Assembly (NCBI RefSeq): GCF_009914755.1
Contig: NC_060940.1
Strand: one strand, 5' to 3'
Length of the DNA stretch: 64,000 nt
Origin: the human T2T-CHM13v2.0 reference genome, Homo sapiens
Part shown: positions 1 to 17,602 of the stretch, piece after piece
Layout: every line of letters begins with the position of its first letter
Position numbering within the stretch: the stretch's first letter is position 1
Program-made: the position numbers and the translations under genes
Notes under the pieces: model-generated
Seen by the model: the letters and a program-made list of their open reading frames with translations, nothing else
The model's database searches: none
What the model was told of the DNA's origin: nothing

Positions 1-278
1 CTTACGGGAAACAAAGGTATGGGCTCTGGCTAGTTATCTGCAGCAGGAACATGTCCTTAAGGCACAGATTGCTCATGCTATTGTTTGTGGCTTAGGGACA
101 CCTTAAGTGGTCTTCTGCCCTGGATGGGCCAGGTGTTCCTTGCCCTCATTCCGGTAAACCCACAACCTTTAGTGTGGGTGTCATGGCCACCATGAACATG
201 TCACAGTGCTGCAGAGATTTTGTTTATGGCCAGTTTTGGGGCCTATTTATGGCCAGATTTGGGGGCCGGTTCCCAAAA
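1..278 (-). mobile_element. MER9a-type LTR (HERV-K HML-3), cut by the window start
   Basis: Reverse complement reads TGGGAACCGGCCCCCAAATCTGGCCATAAATAGGCCCCAAAACTGGCCATAAACAAAATCTCTGCAGCACTGTGACATGTTCATG, matching the recalled MER9a 5' end. Confidence 0.85.
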
Positions 279-317
279 AACTAATTTTAAATTAATTTAA
301 AATATCTATCTTTGTCT

Positions 318-588
318 TACAGACAAGTTCTTACACTGTCATCAGGCCAGAGTGCAATCATAGCTCAGTGGAACCTTGAATTCCTGGCTTAAAGCAGTCA
401 CCCTCCCTGGCTTTCCCAAGTGGCTATGACTACAGGAATGCACCATCACATCTGAATAATTTTTTTAATTCTTTGTACAGACAGGGTCTTTCTAGGTCAC
501 CTAGGCTGGTCAAGAATTCCTGGCCTCAAGGAATCCTACAGCCTCAGACTCTCAAATTGCTGGGATAACATCAGCAACTACACCTGGC
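318..588 (-). mobile_element. Old diverged Alu (AluJ-like)
   Basis: Degenerate dimeric Alu, reverse orientation. Confidence 0.75.
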
Positions 589-619
589 ATTCTCTGTCTT
601 CTTTAAGAAATGAGGACAT

Positions 620-3300
<2,681 letters not shown>

Positions 3301-4448
3301 GAGCAGCACCAAGATGGCTAACTAGAAACAGCAGGGTTTGGAGGCTCCCATCGAAAAGAACCATAATAAGTGTGTGAATCCTTCACCGGCAACCAAGGTA
3401 TCCAGGTTCTCCCATTAGAATTGACTAGGAGGCTGGCATGATCCATGGAGAGGAAGTAATAACAGTGGGGTGCAGCAGCCCACCTGAGAGCCACATGGGG
3501 AAGGAAAGCTCCCTCCTGCCAGCCAAAGCATGTGGTGAGTGAGGATGCTACCCAGCCAGGAAAAGCATGCTTTTTCCATGGAACTATGCCACCCACTGAT
3601 TGCAAGATCCCATTTGTGAACCCACGCCACTGTGGCTTAGCATCCCAACCCTGGGGCCACGCAGATTCTCAACAGCCTCTCAGCTGGAATCTGCTTAAGC
3701 CTGCCAAGCACCTGGGGGGAGGGGCAACCAGCACAAGAGCTGTGGCTGCCTGCTGTCTAAGCCATTTGAGCCCCTTGGTGGAGGGGCAGCAGCCAGCACT
3801 GGGACTCACAACTGCCTAACATGCTAAGCTCAATGGGTGGGGGAAGAGCAGCATCTACCTCTATAGCTCCCAGCTGCACTTTTCCCCTTCTGGAGTCAGT
3901 GAGGGGCTGGTTGGCTTGGTCCCAAGATGTGCCCCCCACAGCCCAACACACTGGCTGTGGCAGACTGCCACCAGAGTGCCTCTTCAGGCCAGACCCTGAC
4001 CCATCCTTCCTGATTGTGCCAGGCTTCCCTGCAGGAACTCCAATAACTCCAGCCAGAGGCTCAGGGACAGAACCTGGATCTCCCTGGGCCTGAGCCCCTA
4101 GGGGCAGGGGTAACAGCAGTCTCTGGGGACCAGCAGACTTAGCCTTTCCTACTGGTAGTTCTGAGGAATCCAGGCAGCCCAGACAAGTGGGCTTCCCCCC
4201 AGCAAAGCACACCCCCTCCACCAAGGGACAAAGTACTTCATTAAATGGTTCCTGTTCCATGTGCCACCCAACTGGGTGAGAACCTCCAACAGGGGTTGTC
4301 AGACACCCTATACAGGAGCAATCCTATGGCATCAGGTTAGTGCCCCTCGAGTTCAGAGATCCCAGAAGAAGGAGCAGGCATCCATCTTTGCTGTTCTCCA
4401 GCTTTCCTGAGTGACATCTCCAGGCACAGGAGTAAACCACATGAATAG

Positions 4449-4873
4449 TCTCAGGCCTCTGAGCTCAAGCCTGCATGTATACATCTAAATGGCCTGAAGC
4501 AACTGAAGAACCACAAAAGAAGTGAAAATAGTCAGTTCCTGCCTTAACTGATGACATTCCACCATTGTGATTTGTTCCTGCCCCACCTTAACCTTAACTG
4601 ATCAATTAACCTTGTGACATTCCTTCTCCTAGACAATGAGTCTCAGAACTTCCCCACCAAGCACCTTGTAACCCCTGCCCCTGCCCGCAAGAGAATAACC
4701 CCCTTTAACTGTAATTTTCCACTACCTACCCAAATCCTGTAAAACTGCCCCACTCCTATCTCCCTTTGCTGACTCCTTTTTCGGACTCAGTCTGCCTGCA
4801 CCCAGGTGATTAAAAAGCTTTATTACTCACACAAAGCCTGTTTGGTGGTCTCTTCACACAGACGCACATGACA
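4449..4873 (+). mobile_element. Solo HERV-H LTR (LTR7 family, LTR7C-like) inside the L1 5'UTR
   Basis: TCTCAGGCCTCTGAGCTCAAGCC...GGTCTCTTCACACAGACGCACATGACA; perfect 5-bp TSD AATAG at 4444-4448 and 4874-4878. Confidence 0.9.
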
Positions 4874-6912
4874 AATAGGGCCTGAAGTGAACCTCCAGCA
4901 AACTGCAGCAGCCCTATAGAAGTGGGACCTGACCATTGAAAGAAAAACAAACAGAAAGCAACAACAACAGCATCAACAACAACAAAAAGTCCCCAGAAAA
5001 TCCCCATCCAAGGATCAGCAGCCTTAAAGATTGAAACTAGACAAACTCACCAAGATGAGAAAGAATCAACAACAAAAAAGCTGAAAACCTAACAAGCCAG
5101 AGTGCCTCTTCTTCAAATGATTGCAACATCTCTTTATCAAGGGTGCAGAACTGGATGGAGGATGAGACAGAAGAATTGACAGAAGTAGGCTTCAGAAGAT
5201 GGGTAATAAAAAACTACGCTGAGCTAAAGGAGCATGTTCTAACCCAATGCAAAAAAGCTAAGAACCTTGATAAAAGGATAGAGGAGCTGCTACTAGAATA
5301 AACAGTTTAGAGAGGAACATAAATGACCTGATGAAGCTGAAAAACACAGCATGAGAACTTCATGAAGCATACACAAGTATCAATAGCCAAACCAACCAAG
5401 CAGAGGAAGGGATATCAGTGTTGAAAGACCACCTTGCTGAAATAAGGCATGCAGACCAGACTACAGAAAAAATTATAAAAAGGAATGAGCAAAGCCTCCA
5501 AGAAATATGTGACTTCACAAAAAGACTGAACCTACGACTGATTGGAGTACCTGTAGGAGATGGGGAGAATGGAAACAAACTGGAAAACACACTTCAGGAT
5601 ATTATCCAGGAGAACTTCCCCAACCTAGAAGACAAGCCAATATGCAAATTGAGGAAATACAGATTCTAAGATGCTCCAAGAGAACATCAACCCCAAGACA
5701 CATAATCATCAGATTCTCCAAGGTCGAAATGAAGGAAACAATGTTAAGGGCAGCCAGAGAGAAAGGCCAGGTGACCTACAAAGGGAAATCTATCAGACTA
5801 ACAGCAGACCTTTCAGCCGAAACTCTATAAGACAGAAGAGATTGGGGGCCAATAGTCAACATTCTTAAAGAAAAGAATTTTCAACCCAGAATTCCATATT
5901 CCGGCCAAACTAAGCTTTTATAGCAAAGGAGGAATAAAGTCCTATCCAGACAAGCAAATGCTGAGGGATTTCATTACCACCATGCATGCCCTCCAAGAGC
6001 TACCGAAAGAAGCACTAAATATGGAAAGGGAAAACTGGTACCAGCCACTGCAAAAACACACCAAAATGTAAAGACCAATGACACTACGAAGAAACTACAT
6101 CAACTAGTACGCAAAACAGCCAAATAGCATCATGATGGCAGGATCAAATTCACACAAGACAATATTAACCTTAAATATAAATGGGCTAAATATGTCAATT
6201 AAAAGACATAGAATGGCAAATTGGATAAAGAGTCAAGACCCATTGGTATGCTGTATTCAGGAGACCCATCTCATATGCAAAGACACATATAGGCTCAAAA
6301 TAAAAAGGAAAATTTACCAAGCAAATGGAAGAAAAGAAAAAGCAGAGGTTGCAATCCTAGTCCCTGACAAAATAGACTTTACACCAACAAATATCAAAAA
6401 AGGCAAAGAAGGTAAAGGGAACAATTCAACAAGAAGAACGAACTATTCTAAATATATATGTACCCAATACAGGAGCATACAACTTCATAAAATAAGTTCT
6501 TAGAGACTTACAAAGAGACTTAGACTCCCACACGATAATAGTGGGAGACTTTAACACTTCACTGTCAATATTAGACAGATCAATGAGACAGAAAATTAAC
6601 AAGGATGTTCAGGACTTGAACTCAGCTCTGGATCAAGTGGACCTAAGAGATATCTACAGAACCCTCCACCCCAAATCAACAGAATATACATTTTTCTCAG
6701 TGCCACATGGCACTTATTCTAAAATTGAACACATAATTGGAAGCATAACACTCCTCAGCAAATGAAAAAGAACTGAAATCATAACAAACAGTCTCTCAGA
6801 CCACAGGGAAATCAAATTCGAACTCAGGATTTAAAAACTCACTCAAAACCACGCAATTACATGGAAATTAAAGAGCCTGCTCCTGAATGACTCTTGGGTA
6901 AATAATGAAATA

Positions 6913-7230
<318 letters not shown>

Positions 7231-7547
7231 TCAAAAAGTTCTTTGAAACCAATGAGAACAAAGAGACGACATACCAGAATATCTGGGACACAGGTAAAGC
7301 AGTGTTAAGAGGGAAATTTATAGCACTAAATGTCCACATCAGAAAGTTAGAAAGATCTCAAATCAACACCCTAACATTACAATTAAAAGAGCTAGAGAGG
7401 CAAGAGCGAACTAATGCAAAAGTTAGCAGAAGACAAGAAATAATGAAGATCAGAGCAGACTTGAAGGAGATAGAGATATGAAAAAATCTCCAAAAGATAA
7501 ATGAATCCAGGAGCTGGTTTTTTGAAAAAGTTAACAAAATAGACTGA

Positions 7548-7688
<141 letters not shown>

Positions 7689-10464
7689 TAGAAAATCCAG
7701 AAGAAATTGATAAATTCCTGGACACATACACCCTCCCAAGACTAAATCGGAAGAAGTAGAATCCCTGAATAGACCAATAACAAGTTCTGACATTGAGGTG
7801 GTAATTAATAGCCTACCAGCCAAAAAAGCCCAGGACTAGACGGATTCACAGGTGAATTCTACCAGAAGTACAATGAGGAGTTGGTACCATTCCTTCTGAA
7901 ACTATTCCAAACAACTGAAAAGGAGGGACTCCTCCCTAACTCATTTTATGAAGCCAGGATCATCCTGATACCAAAACCAGGAAAAGAGACAACAAAAAAT
8001 GAAAACTTCAAGCTAATATCCCTGATGAACATAGATACGAAAACCTTCAATAAAATACTGGCAAACCAAATCCAGCAGCACATCAAAAAACTTATCCAAT
8101 GTGATCAAGTTGGCTTCATCCCTGGGATGTGAAGCTGTTTCAACATATGCAAATCAATAAACGTAATCCATCACATAAACAGAACCAAAGACAAAAACCA
8201 TGCAATTATCTCAACAGATGCAGAAAAGGCCGTTGAAAAATTCAACGTCCCTTCATGTTAAAAACTCTCAATAAACTAGGTGTTGATGGAACATATCTCA
8301 AAATAAAAAGAGCTATTTATGACAAACCCATAGCCAATATCATATTAAATGGGCAAAGGCTGGAAGTATTCCCTTTGAAAACCAGTACAAGACAAAGATG
8401 CCCTGTCTCACCAATCCTGCTCAACATAGTATTAGAAGTTCTGGCCAGGGCAATCAGGCAAGAGAAAGAAAGAAAGGGTATTCACATAGGAAGAAAGGAA
8501 GTAAAATTATCTCTGTTTGCAGATGACATAATTTTATATTTAGAAAACCCAGTCATCTCAGCCCCAAACTCCTTAAACTGATAAACAACTTCAGCAAAGT
8601 CTCAGGATACAAAATCAATGTGCAAAAATCACAAGCATTCCTTTACACCAACAATAGACAAGCAGAGAGTCAAATCATGAATGAACTCCCATTCACAATT
8701 GCTACAAAGAGAATAAAATACCTAGGAATACAGCTAACAGGGGATGTGAAGGACCTCTTGAAGGAGATCTACAAACCACTGCTCAAGGAAATAAGAGGGG
8801 ACACAAGCAAATGGAAAAACATTCCCTTCTCATGGATAGGAAGAATCAACATTGTGAAAATGGCCATACTGCCCAAAGTAATTTATAGATTAAATGATAT
8901 TCCCATCAAACTACCATTGGCATTCTTAACAGAATTAGAAAAAACTACTTTAAATTTCATATGGAATCAAAGAAGACCCCATATAGCCAAGACAATCCTA
9001 AGCAAAAAGAACAAAGCTGGAGGCATCACACTACCTGACTTCAAACTATACTGAAAGGCTCAAGTAACCAAAACAGCATGATACTGGTACCAAAACAGAT
9101 ATATAGACCAATGGAACAGAACAGAGACCTGAGGAATAACATCACACATCTACAACCATCTGATTTTTGACAAACCTGACAACAAGCAATGGGGAAAGGA
9201 TTCCCTACTCAATAAATGGTGCTGGGAAAACTGGCTAGCCATATGCAGAAAACAGAAACTGGACCTCTTCCTTACACCTTATACAAAAATTAACTCAAGA
9301 TGGATTAAAGACTTAAATGTAAAACCCCAAACCATAAAAACCCTAAGAAGAAAATCTAGGCAATACTATTGAGGATATTGGCATGGGCAAAGACTTCATG
9401 ACTAAAACACCAGAAGCAATTGCAACAAAAACCAAAATTGACAATTGGGATCTAATTAAACTAAAGGGCTGCTTCACAGCCAAAGAAACTATTATTGGAG
9501 TGAATAGACAACCTACAGACTGGGAGAAAAATTTTACAATCTACCCATCAGACAAAGGTCTAATATCCAGAATTTACAAGAGACTTAAACAAATTTACAA
9601 GGAAAAAACCAAACAACCCCATCAAAAAGTGAGCAAAGGATACGAGCAGACACTTCTTAAAAGAAGACATTTACACAGTGAACAAACATACGAAAAAAGG
9701 CTCAACATCACTGATCATCAGATAAATGCAAATCAAAACCATAATGAGACACCATCTCACACCAGTCAGAATGGCGATCATTAAAAAGTCAAGAAACAAC
9801 AGATGCTGGTGAGGCTGTGAAGAAATAGGAACGTTTTTACACTGTTGGTGGTAATGTAAATTAGTTCAACCATTGTGGAAGACAGTGCAGCGATTCTCAA
9901 GGATCGAGAACCAGAAATACCATTTGACCCAGCAATCCCATTACTGGGTATATACCCAAAGGAATATAAATCTTTCTAATATAAAGACATATGCACACAT
10001 ATGTTTATTGCAGCATTATTTACAATAGCAAAGACATGAAACCAACCCAAATACCCACCAATGATAGACTAGGTAAAGAAAATGTGGTACATATATACCA
10101 TGGAATACTATGCAGCCATAAAAAGGAATGAAATAATGTCCTTTGCAGGGACAGGGATGAAGCTGGAAGCCATCATCCTCAGCAAACTAACACAGGAACA
10201 GAAAACTAAACATCACATGTTCTCACTCATAAGTGGGAGTTGAACAATGAGAACACATGGACACAGGGAGGAGAACACCACACACCAGGGCCTGTTGGGG
10301 GTTTCGGGGGTAAGGGGAGGGAACATAGAAGATGGGTCAATAGGTTCAGCCAACCACCATGGTACACATATACCTATGTAACAAACCTGCACGTTTTGCA
10401 AATGTTTCCCCCCCACCTTCTTTTTTTTAGAGGAAATAAAGAAAAACAAAAATTAAAAACAAAC

Positions 10465-11830
10465 AAACAAACACATAGACCAATGGAACAGAATAGAGTA
10501 CCCAGAAATAAATAGAGGCACACATTTACAATCATCTGATCTTCCACAAGGTCAACAAAAATAAGCAATAGTGAAAGGACTCCCTATTTAATAATTAGAT
10601 GTGGGATGACTGACTAACCATATGCAGAAGAATGAACATAGACTCCTACATTTCAGCATATATAAAAATTAACTCAACATGATTAAAGATTTAAATTCAG
10701 ATCCTCAAAAAATAAAAAATACTAGAAGAAAACCTGGCAAATACCATTCTAGTCATTGACTTTGGCAAAGAATTTATGGCTAAGTTTTCAAAAGCAATTG
10801 TAATAAAAACAAAAATTGACAAATGGGACCTAATTTAAGAGTTTCTGCACAGCAAAAGAAACTGTGAACAGAATCAACAACCTACAGAATGGGAGAAGAT
10901 ATTCACAAACTATGTAACTGACAAAGGCCTAATTCCAGAATCCATATGAAATTTAAATTAACAAGAAAAAAAAACCCATGAAAAAGTGGGCAAAGAGCAA
11001 GAGCAGACACTTCTCAAAAGAAGACATACAAACAGCCAACAAGCATATGAAAAAATGTTACACATCACTACCCATCAGAGAAATGCAAATCAAAACCACA
11101 CTTAGATACCATTTACACCACTCAGAATAGTGATTGTTGAAAAGTCAAAAAACAGATGCTGGCAAGTGCTGCACAGAAAAGAGAATACTTATACACTGCT
11201 GATTGAAATGTAAATTAGCTCAGTTACTGTGGAAAACAGTTTGGAGATTTCTGAAAGAACTTGGAACTACCATTTGACCTAGCAATCCTATTAGTTAGTA
11301 TATACCTAAAGGAAAATGAATTGTTCTACCAAAAAGTCACATGTACTCATATGTTCATTGCAGCACTATTCACAATAGCAAAAACATGGAATCAACCTAG
11401 GTGCCCATCAATGGTGGACTGGTTAAAGAAAATGTGGTACATATATACCATGGAATACTATGCAGCCACAAGAAAGAATAAAATCATGTCCTTTGCAGCA
11501 ACATGGATGCAGCTATTGTCCTAAGTAAATTAACACAGGAACAGAAAATCAAAACCATGTACTTATAACTGGGAACTAAATATTGGGTACATATGGACAT
11601 AAAGATGGGAAAAAGAGACAATGGGGACTTATACAGAGGGGGAGTAAAGGAAGGAGGCAAGGGCTGAAAAACTACCTATTAGGCACTATGCTCATTATCT
11701 GGGTGATGGGATTATTCATACCCCAAACCAGTGTCATGCAATATACCCATATAATAAACCAGCACATGTATACATTGAATCTAAAATAAAAGTCAAAAGT
11801 ATATAAAAAAAAATAGAAAAGAAAAAGGAA
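10465..11830 (+). mobile_element. Older L1, right part (ORF2 end and 3'UTR) of the element starting at about 620
   Basis: Continues ACACATAGACCAATGGAACAG; 3'UTR GGGCTGAAAAACTACCTATT; ends CTAAAATAAAAG plus A tail. Confidence 0.85.
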
Positions 11831-11836
11831 AAAAAA

Positions 11837-12096
11837 TGGGGTCTTACTCTGTCACTCAGACTGGAGTACACTGGTACAATTACAGCTCAATGTAGCCTAG
11901 CCTCAAATTCCTGGGGTAAAGCAATCCTCCTGACACAGCCTCCTGAGTCACTGGGACTACAGGCACATGCCACAACAACTAATTAAAAAAAATCTTAGAC
12001 ACAGGGTCTTGCAATATTGCCTAGGCTGGCCTCAAGTGATCCTCCTGCCTTAGCTTCCAAAGTAGCTGGGATTACACGCACATGTCACTGTGCCTA
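11837..12096 (-). mobile_element. Old Alu (AluJ-like)
   Basis: Diverged reverse Alu. Confidence 0.75.
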
Positions 12097-12099
12097 GTA

Positions 12100-14611
12100 A
12101 AATATCTATTTTAAAGATGCTCAACCAATTACAGGAGAACACAGACAAATAAAAGAAGATAAAAATACATGAAGAAAATGAGCTTATGAACTGTAAAAAC
12201 ACAAAGTGTGGAGCTGAAAAATAACTGAATTTAAGGATTCACTAGAGGGTTCAACAGCAGACTTGATGTAGGAGAAAAAGACCCAACAAGCTTGGTAATA
12301 AGTTATTTGAAAGTTTATGGTCAGGACAGTAAAAAGAAAAAAAGAAAACAACAGAGTGTCTAAGGGACTAATTGGGTACTATCAAGTAGGCCAATATGCT
12401 CATAATAGGAATTCTAGAATGCAAAGAGAGAGAAAAGAGTAGAAAATTTATTTGAAGAAATGATGGCTGAGAATTTTCCAAATTTGAGGGAGAAAATGGC
12501 CTAAAATTTAATGAAACTCTACCAACTCTAACTAGTAGCAACACAAAGAGACCCACAACAAGACACATTCTAATCAGAGATTCAAAAGTTACAAACAAAG
12601 GGAATTTAGAAGCCAAAAAACAACAAAAAAACCCCCAGTGACTTGATATACAAGGCCCACTCCTATAGGATGACCAGCAGATGGTCTCAGCAAAAAATCT
12701 CACAGGTCAGAAAGTTGAAGAATGATATATTCAAAGTGCTGAATAATGACAACTACCAATCAAGAAAATGTTATCTTCCAAAACTATCCTTTAAAAATTT
12801 GGAAATAAAGAATATTCAAAATCAACAAAAGCCAAATGAATTCATACCCACTAGATCTGTTCTAAAAGAAGTGCTAAAGAGAAACAGTTCTTCATATTGA
12901 AAAATAAAATGATGGTAAATAGTAACACAAAATTAATAGAAATATAAAGTTTTCTGGTAACAGTAATTATATACACAATAAAATATTCTGTATTATGACG
13001 ACAGTGCAGAGAATACTTTTAATTCTGCTATAGATTTGAAGTCAAACACTTAAAAATAACCACAAATCTGTGCTAATGGATTCACAGTATAAAGTGATAT
13101 AATTTGTGATATCAATAAAATACAATGGAGGGCTCCTAAAGAGGCAGGATTTTTGTATGCAATTAAGGTTAGCAGCTTGAGGTAAATTGTTATAACTTTA
13201 AGATGTTTTACATAATATCTATGGTAACCACAAAGCAAATACCTATAACAGATACACAGAGAGAAGTGGGAAAGGAATTAAAACATGTCACTACAAAAAT
13301 CAACAAAACACTAAGGAAGATAGCAAGAGAGGAAAACAGGACCAAAATAGATACAAGACCTAAAACAAAAAAGTGAACAAAATGCAATAGTGAGTCATTC
13401 TCTTTCAGTAATTACTTTCTACATAAATGAATAAATTCGAAAGACAACTTGGCTGAATAAATTCAAGAAAAAAGATCCAACTCCATGCTTTCCATGGAAG
13501 GCCAAATTTAGATCTAAGAACACACATAAGCTGAACATGAAAGAATGGAAAAAAATAATGAGAAAAGTAAAATACTGTCATATTAGTTAAAATACATGTT
13601 ACATCAAAACATATCACAAGAGATAAGAAAGAGCACTATATAATTATAAAAGGGTTCATTGTCCAGGAAGCTATAATAAATATTAACATATATGCACATA
13701 ACATCACACCTCTCAAATACATGCAGCAACTGGGAAACTTTTACAGAATTGAAGCAATAAGTAGCCAGCAGTACAATAGTAGTAGGAGACTTCCATACTC
13801 CACTTTCAGTAATGGAAAGAATAAAAGAGACAGAAGATGAATAAGGAAACAGAGGACTTGAACAACACTATAGACCATTAGACCTAACAGTCATATACAT
13901 AACTGACCATTCAACAGCAGAATACATAATATCCATAACCATACATGACACATTATCACAGATAGACAACCTGTTAAGCTGCAAAACAGTCTTACCAAAT
14001 TTAACCAGATGAAAATCACACAAAGCATCACTTCTTACTACAACAGAATAAAACTAGAAGAACAGAAAGAAAAATGGCATGTCCACGAATATGTGAAAAT
14101 TAAATAAATTCTCAAACACACTCTTGTTCAAGAATTTGAAGACAATATTGTTAAGATGTCAATACTACCCATTGAATCTACAGATTCAATGCACTCTCCA
14201 TCAAAATATTAATGGAACTTTTCACACAAGTATTAAAATAGTCTAAAATGTCTGTGGTATCTCAAGAGACCACAGATGGATAAAAGTCTTCCACAGATGG
14301 ATAAACAATCTTGGGAAAGAAAAACAAAGAGGCATCATACTTTCTGATTTCAAAACATACTATAAAGCTATTGTACTCAAAACAGTGTGCTACTGACGTA
14401 AAGGTAAATAAAAGATGAAACAGATTGGAGAGTCCAGAAATAAACACTCATGTAGACAGTAAACTTATTTTCAATGAGGGTTCCAAGAATTCACAATGAG
14501 AAAAGGACAGTCTCTTCAACAAACAGGCTTGGGAATATTGGAAATCCACAGGGAAAAAATAAAGTTACCTTACCTTGCGCATTTACAAATGTGAACTCAA
14601 AATGGACTGAC
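12100..14611 (+). mobile_element. Ancient L1M fragment (ORF1, inter-ORF and ORF2 pieces)
   Basis: Degenerate ORF1/ORF2 homology; resumes at about 17603. Confidence 0.7.
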
Positions 14612-16644
14612 TTATATTTTGTAGCTACTGTAACTTGCATTTTTTATTTTCTTTTTCAGATGGTTTTCTATCAGCACACAGAGATGCTATTGATATTTAT
14701 ATGTTGACTTTGTATCCTGCAACTTTACAGAACTTGTTTATTAGTTCTGACAGGTTTTTGGTGTCATGCTTTATGTTTTTTTAATACACAAGGTCATTTT
14801 GTCTGTAAACAAGGATGATTTCATTTTTCCATTCCAATTTGAATGCCTTTCACTTCTTTCTCTTGACTTACTGCTCTGGCTAGGACTTCTAGTACTATGT
14901 TGAATAGGAGTGGTGAAACTGGGTACCTTATCATGTTACAGATCTCAGAGAAATAGCTTTCATCTTTTCCCTGTTTGGTAAATTAACACTAGTTTGTCAT
15001 ATTTACCTTGTTGAGATACATACCTTCTATACATAATTTGCTTAGAGTTTTCACTATAAAGAATGTTGACTTCTGTCAAATACTTTTTCTGTGTATACAA
15101 ATAACTATAAAAAATTAAGATACCCAGCTATAAACTTAAATAAAAAGGTGAAAGATCTCTACACTGAAAATCATAAAACATGGATAAAAAATGAAATACA
15201 TGTGAATAAATGAAAATATATTGTGTTTATATATTGGAAGAATATTATTAAAATGGGCATGCTACCCAAAGTGACCTATAGATTTAATGCAATTTCTATC
15301 AGAATACCAATGACATTCTTCACAAAAAATAGAAAAAACCCCCACAAAAACTAAATGTACATGGAACCACAAAATACCCTGAATAGCCAAAGCAATCCTG
15401 AGCAAAAGGAACAAGGCTGAAGGCATCACACCACCTGACTTCAAAATTTACTACAAAGCTATAGTATCCCAAAGAGCATTGTACTGGCATTAAAACAAAC
15501 ACATAGACCAACATGCCCAATGAGTCCATAAATAAATTCATGCACCTAAAGCTGACTGATTTTCAACAAAGATGCCGAGAACACACTTTGGCGAAAGGAC
15601 AATCTCTTTAATAAATGGTGCAGGAAAAAACTGAATATCCATATGCAGAAGAGTAAGACTAGACCCCTAACCCTCATCCTATACAAAAACCAACTCAAAA
15701 TGGATTATAGACTTAAATGTAATGCCCTAAACTATGAAACTATTAGATGAAAGCAGGGCAAATACTTTACAACATCGGACTTGGAAAGACTTCAAAGCCA
15801 AGGCAACCTAAGCAAAAATAGGCAAATGAGATTACATCAACCTAAAACATTTTTGCATATGAAATGAAATAACAGAGTGAAGAGACAACATAGACAACGG
15901 GAGAAAATATTCGCAAACTATATATATGACAAGAGGTTAATGTCAAGTACATAAGAAATTTGAAATCTCAAAATAAGACAAACATTAATCCAATTTTAAA
16001 ATGTGCCAAAGACCTTAATAGACATTAGTGAAAAGAAGACATACGAATGGCCAACAGGTACATAAAAAGATGCTCATCATAATTAATCATCAAGGGAGTG
16101 CAAATCCAAACCACAATGAGATGCCATCACACTCTATTTAAAATGACTATAATCAAAAAGACAAAATTATAACTAAAACAAGTATTGGTGAGGATGTGAA
16201 GGAAAGAGAACACATGTACACTGTCGATGGGATTGTAAAGTAGTATGGCCACTATAGAAGAGTATGGAAGTTCCTGAAAAATTAAAAATACAGCTGTCAT
16301 ATGATTTAGCAATTCCACTATTGGGTATATATCCAAAAGAAAGGAAGTCAATGTGTCAAAAACATAGCTGCATTCCCATGTTTACGGCAGCACTCTTTAT
16401 AACAGCCAAGATATGAAATCAATCCAAATGTACACCGAGATAAATGGATAAAGAAAATGTGGTATACATGCACAATGAAATACTATTCAGCCATTCAAAA
16501 AGAATAAAATCCTGTCCTTTGCAATAACATGGATGAACCGTGAGATATCATGTTAAGTGAATAGGCCATATACAGAAGGATAAACCCTTCGTGATCTTAC
16601 TCAAATGAGTAATGTAAAAAAAAAAAAGAAAGAGAGAAGAAAAG

Positions 16645-16947
16645 GGCTGGGCGCGGTGGCTCATGCCTCTAATCCCAGCACTTTGGGAGGCCATGGTGGG
16701 CAGATCACTTTAGGTCAAGAGTTCAAGACTAGCCTGGCCAACATGGTGAAACCCCGTCTCTACTAAAAATACAAAAAATTAGCTGGGCATGGTGGTGCGT
16801 GCCTGTAATCCCAGCTACTTGGGAGGCTGAGGCAGGAGAATAGCTTGAGCCCAGGAGCAGAGGTTGCCATGAGCTGAGATCACGCCACTGCACTCCAGCC
16901 TGGGTGACAGAGCTAGACTCTGCCTAAAAAAAAAAAAGGAAAAAAAG
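16645..16947 (+). mobile_element. Alu (AluS-like)
   Basis: Full dimer with A tail. Confidence 0.9.
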
Positions 16948-17130
16948 TTGATAATAAGCAGAGAATATAACAGTTGTTACCAGAGACTGAAGGGGCAGAA
17001 AGAGAAAGAGGTTGGTTAACATGCATAAAGTTACAATTACATAGGAGAAATAAGTTCTAGTGTTCTCTTACACAGCAGGATAACAATGGTTAATAGGAGG
17101 GTATTGCATATTACAAAATAGCTGGAAGAG

Positions 17131-17435
17131 ACTAGTCACAGTGTTACATCCTTGTAATCTCTGCATTTTGGGAGGCTGAAGCAGGAGGACTACTTGAGGT
17201 CAGGAGTTCAAGGTCAGCCTGGACAATGTAGTGAGACCCTATATGCAAAAATTTTAACAAATTACCCAGGCATGGTGGCACATGCCTGTAGTCCTAGCTA
17301 CTTGGGGAGCTGAGGCCAGAGGATCACTTGAGCCCAGGAGTTTGAAGTTACAGTGAACTACAATTGTGCCACTGCACTTCAGTCTGGGTGATAGAGTGAG
17401 ATCCTGTCTCTACAAACAATAAAAATTAAAATAAA
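17131..17435 (+). mobile_element. Alu (AluJ-like)
   Basis: GGATCACTTGAGCCCAGGAG right arm, diverged. Confidence 0.8.
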
Positions 17436-17602
17436 ACAGCTAGAACAGAGACTTTTGAATGTTCTCACTACAAAGAATTATCAAATACATGAGGTAATGC
17501 ACTAAGCATCCTGATATGATCATTATACAACACACACATATATATAAAATTATACCCAATAAATATGTACAATTAACATTGTATCAATTTAAAAAGCAAA
17601 CT

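Larger units (their letters stand above)
14612..17600 (+). mobile_element. L1MA-type element with an inverted 5' segment (14612-15093 on -)
   Basis: Antisense ORF2 block joined to a sense block starting at the same consensus point; L1MA-like 3' end near 17590; interrupted by two Alus. Confidence 0.7.

Noticed and set aside
3318-4260. Overlapping GC-rich ORFs
   Set aside because: Chance ORFs in the L1 5'UTR
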